A stretch of 64,000 bases of DNA from Eubacteriales bacterium (GTDB taxonomy: Bacteria; Bacillota; Clostridia; Oscillospirales; CAG-272), in assembly GCA_045661325.1 (NCBI GenBank), contig JAZRFK010000066.1:6484-70483 (forward strand), in the 5' to 3' direction. Of this stretch, positions 1-8,873 are shown one piece after another; positions within the stretch are counted from its first letter, which is position 1; the number at the start of each line of letters is the position of its first letter. The notes below the pieces were generated by a model, which was not told where the DNA came from, did not search any database, and saw only the letters and a list, made by a program, of their open reading frames with translations. Both the position numbers and the translations under genes were made by a program.

Positions 1-163
1 AGGTATTGGTGTCTGCCACGAGCAAAATATGTGCGTAGTCCTTGGCAAGCGCGGTCAGCGCCGAGATGGCCCCCTTTTGTATCACAACGCTCTCAATAGG
101 GCAGGCGTGAGACTTGCCGCAAGGACAGTCGGTTTTTCCTTGTAAAAGCTCTTGCATTGTCAT
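1..163 (-). CDS. N-terminal fragment of an iron-containing alcohol dehydrogenase / sn-glycerol-1-phosphate dehydrogenase-like protein (continues past window start)
   Basis: Own minus-strand translation from ATG 163: MTMQELLQGKTDCPCGKSHACPIESVVIQKGAISALTALAKDYAHILLVADTNT, open to position 1. GAAAGGA lies 9 nt upstream. The CxCGxxH start resembles the G1PDH/AraM-type family from memory. Below the ORF-track size cutoff. Confidence 0.4.
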   Translation of the reverse strand, partial: MTMQELLQGKTDCPCGKSHACPIESVVIQKGAISALTALAKDYAHILLVADTNT

Positions 164-280
164 AGTGCGTATTCCTTTCACAAAAAATCGTGATTTTTTA
201 TACGGTAATAGTATACAACAAAAAAGGCCTGCTGTCAAGGCGAACGCTTGCAGCAGGCGGGAAACGGCAGATGATGGGGC

Positions 281-1480
281 TCACGCGGCCTCTTCCTTCT
301 TTTCCTTTTCACTCGCTCGTGCCACGAAGAAATAGGAAAGACAGCAGAACATCTGGAAGAGGGCGATAAGAAGAAAGATAATGGGATAGGGAAGCCTTCC
401 CTCCGTCAAGAGCAAAAAGAGGGAGGCGGCGGCTTGCCCCAGGGTAAAGACCATCATACGAATGGAGGTAAAGGCGCCGATTTGCGCGTACGGAATAAAC
501 TCCGTGACGGAAACGGGAATGGCGTTGTCCACCATTATCATAAAAAGGCGAATCAGGAAATAGAGGATAAAGAATACGATGGCCGAAGGGAAGGCCAGGG
601 AAAGCGGCAGAAGGATGCACATGGAAATGGCAGCAAAGAGGAGAATCGAACGCACCTTTCTTTTGCGCGAAAGGTGGAAAAAGAGGAAATTGCCACAGAA
701 GGTTGCCAGCTGCAAGAGAATAACGAGAGAGGCCGCCTGCTCCTTGGGGATAACCCCTGCGGAAACGGCAACCACGGCAAAAAGGGCGATAACGCCCGTG
801 GCAATGCCGCGGAAGAAATTGGGAAGCAGCAAAATCCAGGTTTTTTTGTTCTTGAAAACCGCCGTTCCGAAGCCGCGCGAGGCGGGCGCAAGAGAAACGG
901 GGCGCTTTTTCATACGAAGGACGGTTGTGCCTGCCAAAAGCAAAAAGAGAATGGCGAAGGTAAAGAAAACGGCGCTGGTTGAGGGGGCGGCACGCTTGGA
1001 AAGAACGAAGGAATAAAAAAGAGACAGGCCAAAGGTAAAGGCGCCCGAAAGCATACCGCAGGCCGCAGTTACGCGGCCGTATTGCTTCATATCAATGACC
1101 TCGTAGGGCAGGCGGTAGCACACGGTGTTGTTGACGCCCATAAAGCAATAGGAGAGTATAGCAACGGCAATCAGGGGGAAAAAGAGTATGGAGGCGTGAA
1201 GAAGCCCAAAGCCCGCCGCGGCCAGAATGGCGCATAGGGGAACCAAGGTGAAGCAGTTGGCGGCAACAAAGCGCCCCGAGGAGCGAATCCTGTCCGAAAA
1301 GAAAACGGAAAGCGCCATCAGACCCACCTGGGCAATATTGATGGCGGCGTCATAGGCGTAAATCTGGCTTTCCGCCAAGCCTACGCCCAGCAAAAAGGCC
1401 TGCAAAATGGAGCCGGAGCAGAAGGAAAGCGCAATAGCGTACAGGGTGTGGTAGAGATAATACTTTTTGGTGTTTTCCAT
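281..1480 (-). CDS. Polytopic membrane transporter, MFS-like
   Basis: 399-aa ORF that is almost entirely hydrophobic helices (about 12) with no soluble domain. The MFS call rests on size and topology only. Confidence 0.55.
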   Translation of the reverse strand: MENTKKYYLYHTLYAIALSFCSGSILQAFLLGVGLAESQIYAYDAAINIAQVGLMALSVFFSDRIRSSGRFVAANCFTLVPLCAILAAAGFGLLHASILFFPLIAVAILSYCFMGVNNTVCYRLPYEVIDMKQYGRVTAACGMLSGAFTFGLSLFYSFVLSKRAAPSTSAVFFTFAILFLLLAGTTVLRMKKRPVSLAPASRGFGTAVFKNKKTWILLLPNFFRGIATGVIALFAVVAVSAGVIPKEQAASLVILLQLATFCGNFLFFHLSRKRKVRSILLFAAISMCILLPLSLAFPSAIVFFILYFLIRLFMIMVDNAIPVSVTEFIPYAQIGAFTSIRMMVFTLGQAAASLFLLLTEGRLPYPIIFLLIALFQMFCCLSYFFVARASEKEKKEEAA

Positions 1481-1655
1481 GGCGCTTGCTCCTTTCGTCT
1501 CTTACTTTGATGCTTGCCCCTATATTGTAGCACGCGCAGGGAAGGCTTGCAACGCCTAAACGCGACAAGTTTTGGAAATGTATGGCGCGTTTTTCCATAT
1601 TTCTTTGAAAAGAAAAGCCGCTCGCGAGGGCGAGCGGCATAAAAGGCATAGGCAT

Positions 1656-2282
1656 TTATTTCTTGGTAATGCGCTTGGCAAAGGCCTGATAAACGCGGAA
1701 GATGGCAGGTGCGGCAACGAGGTTAAGGGCAAGCTCCAAAAGGAAGTTAATGCCCGCGCAGACGATAACGAGGAAGTACAACACCGTCTGCCCCTCGGCA
1801 ACGAAGTTGGCAGAGAGCGTGTCTGCCACGAAAAGACCGCCCAGAATGAAGAGCCCCGTGTTGACGATGGGGGCGGTAGCAGAGGCTATGAAGGTTGCCA
1901 CAAGGGTTTTTCCGTTGGATGCCTTGTAAACGGCGCTATATACCAATCCCGCGCAAAGACCTGCGGCGGTACCCTTGACGATGCAAATGAGTGCCGTCAT
2001 AACGGGGTGCGCTTGGAAAAGCGTGAAGGTGAAGAAATCGCCTCCGAAAACGCCGCCTGCCAGATAGGCGATAAGACCGAAGACAAAGCCCAGAAACGCG
2101 CCTGCCCTGGCGCCGAGCAGCATCGCGCCCAGAACGATAGGCACAAGCACAAGGCTAATGGAGGTGCCGAGGAAATTCAGCTTAATGGCCGTTCCCGTTA
2201 ATTGCAAAACAACGATGATAGCGGTTAAAATGGCAAGCTGCACCAAGCGAAGCGTGGCGTTTTCTTTTCTTTGAAGGGGCAT
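1656..2282 (-). CDS. ECF-type S-component-like vitamin/precursor uptake membrane protein (substrate unknown)
   Basis: 208 aa with 5-6 TM segments. The N-terminal 'TLRLVQLAILTAIIVVLQL' helix is typical of S components. RBS AAAGGAG and a strong promoter lie upstream. Confidence 0.5.
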   Translation of the reverse strand: MPLQRKENATLRLVQLAILTAIIVVLQLTGTAIKLNFLGTSISLVLVPIVLGAMLLGARAGAFLGFVFGLIAYLAGGVFGGDFFTFTLFQAHPVMTALICIVKGTAAGLCAGLVYSAVYKASNGKTLVATFIASATAPIVNTGLFILGGLFVADTLSANFVAEGQTVLYFLVIVCAGINFLLELALNLVAAPAIFRVYQAFAKRITKK

Positions 2283-2313
2283 AGCGAATCTCCTTTGCTG
2301 TTTTTTCCTGCAA

Positions 2314-2342
2314 AGTATAGCACAAAAGCGCTAAAAAGTCAA
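2314..2342 (-). promoter_or_regulatory. Sigma-A-type promoter for the S-component gene (TTGACT-17-TGcTATACT on minus strand)
   Basis: Reverse complement reads cTTGACTttttagcgcttttgtgcTATACTttgc, with a 17-nt spacer and an extended -10 TG. Confidence 0.55.
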
Positions 2343-2384
2343 GGGCAGGGGCTTATTTTCCCTTTTAAAATACGGAAAAAATAC

Positions 2385-2413
2385 TTGCATTTTACAGTAA
2401 TGCGTGGTATACT
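2385..2413 (+). promoter_or_regulatory. Sigma-A-type promoter (TTGCAT-17-TGgTATACT) driving the preQ1-like leader and yhhQ
   Basis: TTGCAT at 2385-2390, a 17-nt spacer, TATACT at 2408-2413 with an extended -10 TG. Confidence 0.6.
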
Positions 2414-2426
2414 TTATACGAATAAA

Positions 2427-2492
2427 AGACAGTTCGTAACCATCCTGTCTTGTCGGCGCGGGCTTTCGCGCTCGGCTAAAACAAAACTATGG
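2427..2492 (+). promoter_or_regulatory. preQ1 riboswitch-like leader (class I-like P1 hairpin and A-rich tail, interrupted by an extra GC hairpin)
   Basis: AGACAG-UUCGUAACCAUC-CUGUCU hairpin (2427-2450); GC hairpin GGCGCG-GGCUUU-CGCGCU (2455-2472); tail CUAAAACAAAACUAUGG ending on the ATG at 2489. Loop CCAU is complementary to AUGG. The loop and tail resemble known preQ1-I aptamers as I recall them. The downstream gene is a YhhQ-type preQ1/queuosine-precursor transporter. Confidence 0.5.
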
Positions 2493-3337
2493 AAAAGGGA
2501 TGGGTGAACAGCCGTCCTTTTTTGTTGGCTTCACCCGCCTTTCCAGCCGGAAAGGAGCTTACCTTGAAAAACAAAGCCGTTTTTTCTTTATGGAAGGAGA
2601 AGTGGGGAGAGTTCCGTTGTTTGCTTTCCTCGGTGCCCCCCGTCTTTTTCTGCTTTTTCACCTTCTCGCTTTTTGCGATGAATATGCTGGCGAACAAAAG
2701 CCTGTCGATTCCGCTTCCGTGGCTCGCGATGGACGCCGGGCTTCTGGTCTCTTGGGCGGTATTTCTCTTTATGAGCGTTGCAACGAGGCATTTCGGCCCC
2801 TCCGCCGCGACCGCGCTTTCGGTCTTTTCGTTTTTGCTCTATCTTTTAATATCGGGGCTTTTCCTTTTGGCGAGCTTGTTGCCGGGTGTCTGGTCGGCGG
2901 CGAGCGGCGAGCTTGCTCCTGCCATCAACGCGGCGCTGAACAAAACCTTCGGCGGCACCTGGTATGTCTTGCTTGGTAGTGCCGTTGCCTTTCTCGTGGC
3001 CTCTGCGGTGAATAATTTTACGCATTTTGCCCTGCTTTGCCGCTTCAAAAAAAAGGAGACCCTGGCCTTCATTTTCGCTTCGTTCGTTTCGGGCGCGCTT
3101 GGGCAGTTTGCGGATAACCTGACCTTTTCTCTTCTGGTCAGCCGTGTCTTTTTCGGGTGGTCGCTTTTGCAATGCGTCACCTCGGCTCTGGCGGGCGTTT
3201 TGATTGAGCTTGGCTTTGAGGCACTCTTCCTCGGCCTTGGCGCGAATATATGCAAGAGGTGGCGCCGACAGGGCGTTGGCGAGGCGTATTTCCGCTTGCG
3301 CGAGGAAAATGCAAAATTAAGGAGAGAAGCAAAATGA
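2489..3337 (+). CDS. yhhQ: Queuosine-precursor transporter, YhhQ/DUF165 (VUT) family
   Basis: Polytopic ORF with a first TM helix 'FSLFAMNMLANKSLSI' like the YhhQ 'LSNILAxK' helix, plus the preQ1-like leader. The start is uncertain: ATG 2489 or an internal start. Confidence 0.65.
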   Translation: MEKGWVNSRPFLLASPAFPAGKELTLKNKAVFSLWKEKWGEFRCLLSSVPPVFFCFFTFSLFAMNMLANKSLSIPLPWLAMDAGLLVSWAVFLFMSVATRHFGPSAATALSVFSFLLYLLISGLFLLASLLPGVWSAASGELAPAINAALNKTFGGTWYVLLGSAVAFLVASAVNNFTHFALLCRFKKKETLAFIFASFVSGALGQFADNLTFSLLVSRVFFGWSLLQCVTSALAGVLIELGFEALFLGLGANICKRWRRQGVGEAYFRLREENAKLRREAK

Positions 3338-3981
3338 AAATTTTGATAACGGGTACTGCCCGCGGCATCGGCAAGGCCATCGCCGAAAAGTTTTTGCAAA
3401 TGGGAGATGAGGTCTACGGGCTTGACGTATTGCCCGCCTCGCTTTCTCATTCCCGATATACCCATTATATCGCCGATATTGCCAAGGGTGAGCTGCCTGC
3501 GCTTGCGGATGTAGACATTCTCGTAAACAACGCGGGTGTGCAAAACTCGCTTGACGATATTGAGGTCAACTTGAAGGGAACTATGCGGATAACCGAGGCC
3601 TACGGCTTTGGAAAGAGCATCAAAAGCGTTCTCTTTATTGCTTCGGCAAGCGGCCGCACGGGCGCGGAATTTCCTGCGTACGCCGCCAGCAAGGGCGGAA
3701 TGATTGCCTATATGAAGAACGTCGCTTTGCGGCTTGCCCCCATGGGCGCCACGGCAAACAGCCTCTCGCCCGGCGGTGTGTTGACCGAGCTGAATGACCA
3801 CGTGATAAGCACCCCGTCTCTTTGGCAGGCCGTTTTGAAAGAGACGATGCTCGGCAAATGGGCAACGGTTGAGGAAATTGCCGAATTTGCGTACTTTATG
3901 ACGGTGGTGAACAAGTCGATGACCGCCCAGGATATATTGGTGGACAACGGCGAGGACGCCAAAAGCAATTTTATCTGGTAA
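3334..3981 (+). CDS. Short-chain dehydrogenase/reductase (SDR)
   Basis: MKILITGTARGIGKAI (TGxxxGxG), NNAG, and YAASK (YxxxK). ATG 3334 follows AAGGAGAG and overlaps the yhhQ stop (ATGA). The track ORF 3250.. carries an N-terminal over-extension. Confidence 0.75.
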   Translation: MKILITGTARGIGKAIAEKFLQMGDEVYGLDVLPASLSHSRYTHYIADIAKGELPALADVDILVNNAGVQNSLDDIEVNLKGTMRITEAYGFGKSIKSVLFIASASGRTGAEFPAYAASKGGMIAYMKNVALRLAPMGATANSLSPGGVLTELNDHVISTPSLWQAVLKETMLGKWATVEEIAEFAYFMTVVNKSMTAQDILVDNGEDAKSNFIW

Positions 3982-4040
3982 AGTAAACAACTATTTACAT
4001 ACATTTTAAAAGAAAAGCGCATAAAAAGCGAGGGAAGCAT

Positions 4041-4586
4041 ATGAAAATATTGGTGGCATCGGATATACACGGCTCGGCCTATTACGCCAAGAAAACGCTG
4101 GAGGCCTTTGAGAGAGAAAAAGCGGATAAGCTGCTTCTTTTGGGGGATATTTTGTATCACGGCCCCCGCAATGACTTGCCCAAGGATTATGCGCCAAAGG
4201 AAGTGATTGCGCTGCTTTCGCCCTTGAAGGATAGAATCCTTTGCGTGCGCGGCAACTGCGACACCGAGGTGGATCAGATGGTGCTGCCCTTTCCGATTTT
4301 GGCCGATTACTGTCTGCTTTGCTCGGGCGATACGGTGATTTTCGCCACGCACGGCCATCGTTTCAACCGCGACAGCCTGCCGCCGCTTGCCAAGGGGGAG
4401 GTTTTGCTGCACGGACATACCCACGTTTCCGCTTGTATTGAAACGGAGGCGTATCGGTATTGGAACCCCGGTTCCGTTTCTATTCCCAAGGAAAACACGC
4501 CAAACGGCTATATGATAATTGAAGACGGCTTGCCTACCTGGAAAACCTTAGAGGGCGTCGTCTACACACCCGTTCAGTCCGTCTGA
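4041..4586 (+). CDS. yfcE: YfcE/MJ0936-type metallophosphoesterase
   Basis: Motifs SDIHGS, GDILYHGPRN, GNCD and GHTH in a 181-aa protein. Confidence 0.75.
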   Translation: MKILVASDIHGSAYYAKKTLEAFEREKADKLLLLGDILYHGPRNDLPKDYAPKEVIALLSPLKDRILCVRGNCDTEVDQMVLPFPILADYCLLCSGDTVIFATHGHRFNRDSLPPLAKGEVLLHGHTHVSACIETEAYRYWNPGSVSIPKENTPNGYMIIEDGLPTWKTLEGVVYTPVQSV

Positions 4587-4619
4587 ATGCTTTGACGGCA
4601 AACAAAAAAGGAGAGAAAA

Positions 4620-6032
4620 ATGCGTAAAACCAAAATTGTATGCACCCTGGGCCCTGCCACCGAAAACGAGGAAGTTTTAACCGCCATGTGCTTGGCGGGT
4701 ATGAACGTGGCGCGCTTTAATTTTTCCCACAATACCCACGCCGACCATAAAAAACGGATTGATATGGTGAAAAAGGTCAGACGGGAATTGAATCTTCCCA
4801 TCGCTCTTTTGCTTGATACCAAGGGCCCCGAGTACCGTATCAAAACCTTCAAGGAGGGCAAGGTAACGCTGGCAACGGGCCAGATCTTTACCTTTACCAC
4901 AAATGACGTCGAGGGAGATGAAAGCCGCGTTTCCGTAAACTACGGCGGCCTTTCTCACGAGCTTGAAACGGGAGACACGATTCTTTTGAACAACGGCCTT
5001 CTCTCCTTTACCGTAGAGGATATTGAAGGGGAGGATATTCACTGCCGCGTGGTAGAAGGCGGCGAGCTTTCCGACAGAAAGAGCATGAGCTTCCCGGGCA
5101 AAGTGATGAAGCAGGTGTACCTCAGCGAGAAGGACAAGGAGGACTTGCTCTTCGGCATTGAGAACGGTATGGATTACGTGGCCTGCTCCTTCGTTTCCTG
5201 CAAGCAGGACGTTTTGGACGTCAAGCAGTTTTTGAAGGAAAACGGCGGCGGCGACATTGATCTGATTGCCAAAATTGAAAACCGCTCGGGCGTGGATAAC
5301 ATTGATGAAATCTGCGGTGTTTGCGACGGTATTATGATTGCCCGCGGTGACATGGGCGTGGAAATTCCCTTTGAGGAGCTGCCCTATATTCAAAAGAAGC
5401 TGATTACCAAGTGCCGCTTGCTTGGCAAGCGCGTTATCACCGCAACGGAAATGCTGGAAACGATGGTATACAACCCCCGTCCCACCCGTGCGGAGATTTC
5501 GGACGTTGCCAACGCCGTATACGATGGCACGAGTGCCTTGATGCTGTCGGGCGAAACGGCGGCAGGCAAGCATCCTGTATTGGCGGTGGAAACCATGGCG
5601 CGTATTGCCGAATACACCGAGCAGCAGATTCACTACGCCAAGCGCTTCGGACATACCGAGTTCCAGATAAGAAACACGGTGGACGCCATTTCTCACTCCA
5701 CCTGCGGTATGGCCATCGACATTGGCGCCAAAGCCATTGCCGTTTGCTCCATTTCGGGTATGACTGCCCGTATGGTGTCTCGCTTCCGCTCCCCTGTGGA
5801 TATTTTAGGCGTCACGACCAGCGAGTCTACCTGGTACAAGCTTTCTCTTTCCTGGGGCGTTACCCCCGTGCTTTGCGAAAAGTACGATTCCATTGACGTT
5901 CTTTTCTACCACGCCAAGCGCAAGGCCACGGAAACCTTCCATTTGGAGAAGGGCGACAGAATGATTATCACGGGCGGTATGACCAACGGAACCACGGGCA
6001 ATACCAATCTTTTGAAGATAGAAACCGTGTAA
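4620..6032 (+). CDS. pyk: Pyruvate kinase
   Basis: MRKTKIVCTLGPAT start, MNVARFNFSHN, IARGDMGVEIP; 470 aa; RBS AAGGAGAG. Confidence 0.95.
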   Translation: MRKTKIVCTLGPATENEEVLTAMCLAGMNVARFNFSHNTHADHKKRIDMVKKVRRELNLPIALLLDTKGPEYRIKTFKEGKVTLATGQIFTFTTNDVEGDESRVSVNYGGLSHELETGDTILLNNGLLSFTVEDIEGEDIHCRVVEGGELSDRKSMSFPGKVMKQVYLSEKDKEDLLFGIENGMDYVACSFVSCKQDVLDVKQFLKENGGGDIDLIAKIENRSGVDNIDEICGVCDGIMIARGDMGVEIPFEELPYIQKKLITKCRLLGKRVITATEMLETMVYNPRPTRAEISDVANAVYDGTSALMLSGETAAGKHPVLAVETMARIAEYTEQQIHYAKRFGHTEFQIRNTVDAISHSTCGMAIDIGAKAIAVCSISGMTARMVSRFRSPVDILGVTTSESTWYKLSLSWGVTPVLCEKYDSIDVLFYHAKRKATETFHLEKGDRMIITGGMTNGTTGNTNLLKIETV

Positions 6033-6039
6033 AAAAATG

Positions 6040-6068
6040 TTGACAAGTAAAAAACTTTTGTGTATAAT
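6040..6068 (+). promoter_or_regulatory. Consensus sigma-A promoter TTGACA-17-TATAAT
   Basis: TTGACA at 6040-6045, 17-nt spacer, TATAAT at 6063-6068, directly upstream of the 82-aa ORF (RBS AAAGGAGG). Confidence 0.6.
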
Positions 6069-6100
6069 ATTGTTGTAATAAAAAAAGGAGGATTGTACTT

Positions 6101-6349
6101 ATGGCAAAAAATAGCGGCTTCGCAAAATGGTTTTATAACCAGAGCTTTTTGATTCAGCTGGTTCTTCTTCTCATTCCCGTTGTGAACTGGATTGTGGAAA
6201 TCGGCATTCGCTGGTCTGCCTTTTTCAAAACGAAAAACCCCATTACCTTGGTGTTTGCCGTTGTCGTGCTCTTCTTCGGACAGATCTTCGGTTGGATTGA
6301 CTTGATTTGGTTGCTCCTGACCGGCCATCTTTTGTTCGCAAAGGCATAA
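6101..6349 (+). CDS. Small two- to three-TM membrane protein of unknown function
   Basis: 82-aa ORF with a strong RBS, a consensus promoter and a terminator. It is hydrophobic and I recognise no family. Confidence 0.5.
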   Translation: MAKNSGFAKWFYNQSFLIQLVLLLIPVVNWIVEIGIRWSAFFKTKNPITLVFAVVVLFFGQIFGWIDLIWLLLTGHLLFAKA

Positions 6350-6362
6350 AGAAAAAAGAAAA

Positions 6363-6391
6363 ATCGCCGCGTTGCTCGCGGCGATTTTTTT
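6363..6391. terminator. Bidirectional intrinsic terminator between convergent genes
   Basis: ATCGCCGCG-ttgct-CGCGGCGAT stem-loop with an A-run upstream and a T-run downstream. It sits between the stop at 6349 (+) and the acpP stop at 6396 (-). Confidence 0.75.
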
Positions 6392-6395
6392 CTTT

Positions 6396-6626
6396 TTAGT
6401 TGTTTTCCTGGGACTCCAAGTAGGTCACGATGTCCTGTACCGTTTCGAAGGTGGCAAGCTCCTCGTCGGGAATGACGATGCCGTGCTCCTCCTCGATGGT
6501 CATCAGAAGCTCCAAAATGCCCAGAGAATCGGCGCCAAGGTCCTCCTTGATGCGAGAGGTGGGCAGAATTTCGTTTTCGTTGATACGAAGCTGGTCGGCC
6601 AATATTTTTTTAACGGTTTCAAGCAT
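6396..6626 (-). CDS. acpP: Acyl carrier protein
   Basis: 76 aa, MLETVKKILADQL...LGADSLGILELLM (DSL phosphopantetheine site). RBS GGAGAAC. The track ORF 6396..6758 is over-extended at the N-terminus. Confidence 0.9.
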   Translation of the reverse strand: MLETVKKILADQLRINENEILPTSRIKEDLGADSLGILELLMTIEEEHGIVIPDEELATFETVQDIVTYLESQENN

Positions 6627-6660
6627 AAGAGTTCTCCTTTTTATATGGTGAGTGAAAATA

Positions 6661-7692
6661 TTATTCTTGGATGGGTTGCTTTGCGGGAAGAGTTTGCGCC
6701 AGCGCCTCCTCAATTTCGCTCGGCAAGGAGCCTGCTTCCATGCGGTAGGCCTGCTCAATGCACTTAAAGACAGCGGTATCGTTGCTGCTGCCGTGGCCCT
6801 TTACCACAACCTTCTTGGTGCCGAGCAGAACGCTGCCGCCGTAATTGCGGTAATCCATAAAGTCCTTTTCCTGCTTAAACATTTTCAGCATCAAAAAGGC
6901 GCCGATTTTGTAAAGCAGACGGGAGGAAATGTCTCTTTTCAGCTTTTTGAGCAGCTCCATTGCGGCGCCCTCGGTGGACTTGATAAGTACGTTGCCCGCA
7001 AAGCCGTCGCAAACCACAAGGTCGTATTTGCCGCTGAGAAGATCGCGGCTTTCCATGTTGCCCACGAAATGAATGCCGGGGGTTTCGCTCAAAAGAAGAT
7101 AGGCGTTCTTGCGAAGCTCGTCTCCCTTTTCCTTCTCGGTGCCGACGTTCAGAAGCGCAACCCGAACGTCCTTCATTCCGTACACCTTTTTCATATACAG
7201 GCTGCCCATAATGGCGTACTGCTGCAAATAATCGGGGGTGATGTCCACGTTGGCGCCACTGTCGCAAACGCCCACAACCCCACCGTTCATCGTGGGCATA
7301 ATGGGGCAGAAGGCAGGGCGGATAACGCCAGCCAAGCGCCCAACGCGCAGCGTTGCGGCGGCAACCAGGGCGCCTGTTGAGCCCGTGCTGACGATGCCCG
7401 AAACGGTCTCGTCCTCGCGCAGCAGGCGAATGGCCTTCATCATCGAGCTTTCCTTTTTCAAACGGATAGCATCGGTGGGCTTTTCATCGCATCCGATAAC
7501 ATCGGGCGCGTGCAGGATGGAAAGGCGCGCCTTATCATATTTCTTGTCGGCAAGATGCGCTTGAATCTGCGCCTCATCACCGCTTAAAATTATCGAAAGG
7601 TCGGGAAAGGCCGCAAGGGCCAGAAGGGCGCCGTCAATATTGGCGGCAGGACTGTGGTCTCCGCCAAAGCAGTCCACGGCAATCTTAATCAT
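6661..7692 (-). CDS. plsX: Phosphate acyltransferase PlsX
   Basis: MIKIAVDCFGGDHSP start, 343 aa, adjacent to acpP. Confidence 0.93.
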   Translation of the reverse strand: MIKIAVDCFGGDHSPAANIDGALLALAAFPDLSIILSGDEAQIQAHLADKKYDKARLSILHAPDVIGCDEKPTDAIRLKKESSMMKAIRLLREDETVSGIVSTGSTGALVAAATLRVGRLAGVIRPAFCPIMPTMNGGVVGVCDSGANVDITPDYLQQYAIMGSLYMKKVYGMKDVRVALLNVGTEKEKGDELRKNAYLLLSETPGIHFVGNMESRDLLSGKYDLVVCDGFAGNVLIKSTEGAAMELLKKLKRDISSRLLYKIGAFLMLKMFKQEKDFMDYRNYGGSVLLGTKKVVVKGHGSSNDTAVFKCIEQAYRMEAGSLPSEIEEALAQTLPAKQPIQE

Positions 7693-7695
7693 AGC

Positions 7696-8832
7696 TTACT
7701 TTTCTCCGCTTTCGTCCAGTTTTTTGATATAGCTGCGGCGGCGCTTGTGCTTCACCTCAACGAAACGCTTCCATTGGTTCTGAATGGAATAGTTTTCCTC
7801 AAGGTTGAGGTTGGTTTCCGCATATTCCACGCCCTTGTTTTGCAGCATACGGGAAAGGCCTGCGGAAATGATAACGCTGATGCCGCGGTTGGCGTAAACG
7901 GGGTCAACACCGACCAGCGCCAAGTCAATAATCGAGGGGTGGTTCAGCGCCCAAAGCACGCGCGCGATGGCAAGAGGAGTCAGGCGTCCTCCCGATTTCT
8001 GCACCGCCTTGGCAATGGAGGGGAAGCAGACGCCGAAGGAAACCACGTTCTCGTCCTTGTCTAAAATAACGGCCACGTATTTGGGCTTGATAATCAGCTT
8101 GAAGTTGGCAAGCAGCATCTGCTTCATACCGTCGGTAAAGGGAACGGTGCCGTAAAGCGGCTCGTAGGCCTTATCCAAAAGCGCAAAGCAGTCGTCTGCG
8201 TAGTTCTTGATGAAGTCGGAGGTGGATTTGATGTTGGCCAGATGCAGTCCGTAGCGATCCATTACGAACTTTGCCATCTGCTCTAACTTTTCGCCCTTGT
8301 CCTCGGGAGGATAGATGCGGCTTTCCGTCCAGTCAACCTCCTTGGCGTAGCCCGCCTTTTCCAAAAACTCTGCGTAGTAGGGGGCGTTGTACTGCTCTTC
8401 AAAGGTGGAAAGCTCCTCAAAGCCTTCAATTAAAAGGCCTTCTCTTTCCAAATCCGAAAAGCCGAGAGGGCCGCAAACGGTATCCATACCAAGCTCTCTT
8501 GCCCAGCTCTCCACAGCGTCGAACAGCGCCTTGGCAACCGCATAATCCTCAATGGCATCAAATCGGGTGAAGCGCACGCGGCGCTCTCCCGTTTTTTCGT
8601 TGCTGGTTTTTTGCAGAATGCCCGAAATTCTACCGACCACCTCGCCGTCGCGGTAGGCCAAATAGTACACCGCCAGGCAGGTGTCATAGTATACGTAATC
8701 CTTGCGGAAAATCTTTTTCTCGTCGCTGTAAAGGGGCGGCACGAAATAAGGGTTGTTTTTGTAAAGGCGCAAGGGAAATTCAATAAAATCCTTTTGCTGC
8801 TTTTTGGTTGTAACCTCTTGAACAGTAATCAT
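7696..8832 (-). CDS. GNAT-superfamily acyltransferase-like protein (function unknown)
   Basis: 378 aa with a 'FIEFPLRLYKNNPYFVPPL' N-terminus and GNAT-like 'GRISG...RFTRFD' and 'YANRGIS' segments. It lies between fakB and plsX with 3-nt and 41-nt gaps. Confidence 0.55.
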   Translation of the reverse strand: MITVQEVTTKKQQKDFIEFPLRLYKNNPYFVPPLYSDEKKIFRKDYVYYDTCLAVYYLAYRDGEVVGRISGILQKTSNEKTGERRVRFTRFDAIEDYAVAKALFDAVESWARELGMDTVCGPLGFSDLEREGLLIEGFEELSTFEEQYNAPYYAEFLEKAGYAKEVDWTESRIYPPEDKGEKLEQMAKFVMDRYGLHLANIKSTSDFIKNYADDCFALLDKAYEPLYGTVPFTDGMKQMLLANFKLIIKPKYVAVILDKDENVVSFGVCFPSIAKAVQKSGGRLTPLAIARVLWALNHPSIIDLALVGVDPVYANRGISVIISAGLSRMLQNKGVEYAETNLNLEENYSIQNQWKRFVEVKHKRRRSYIKKLDESGEK

Positions 8833-8873
8833 AGATGTATCCTTTTCGTTTTAGATGGGGCTTTCCTTGGTGC

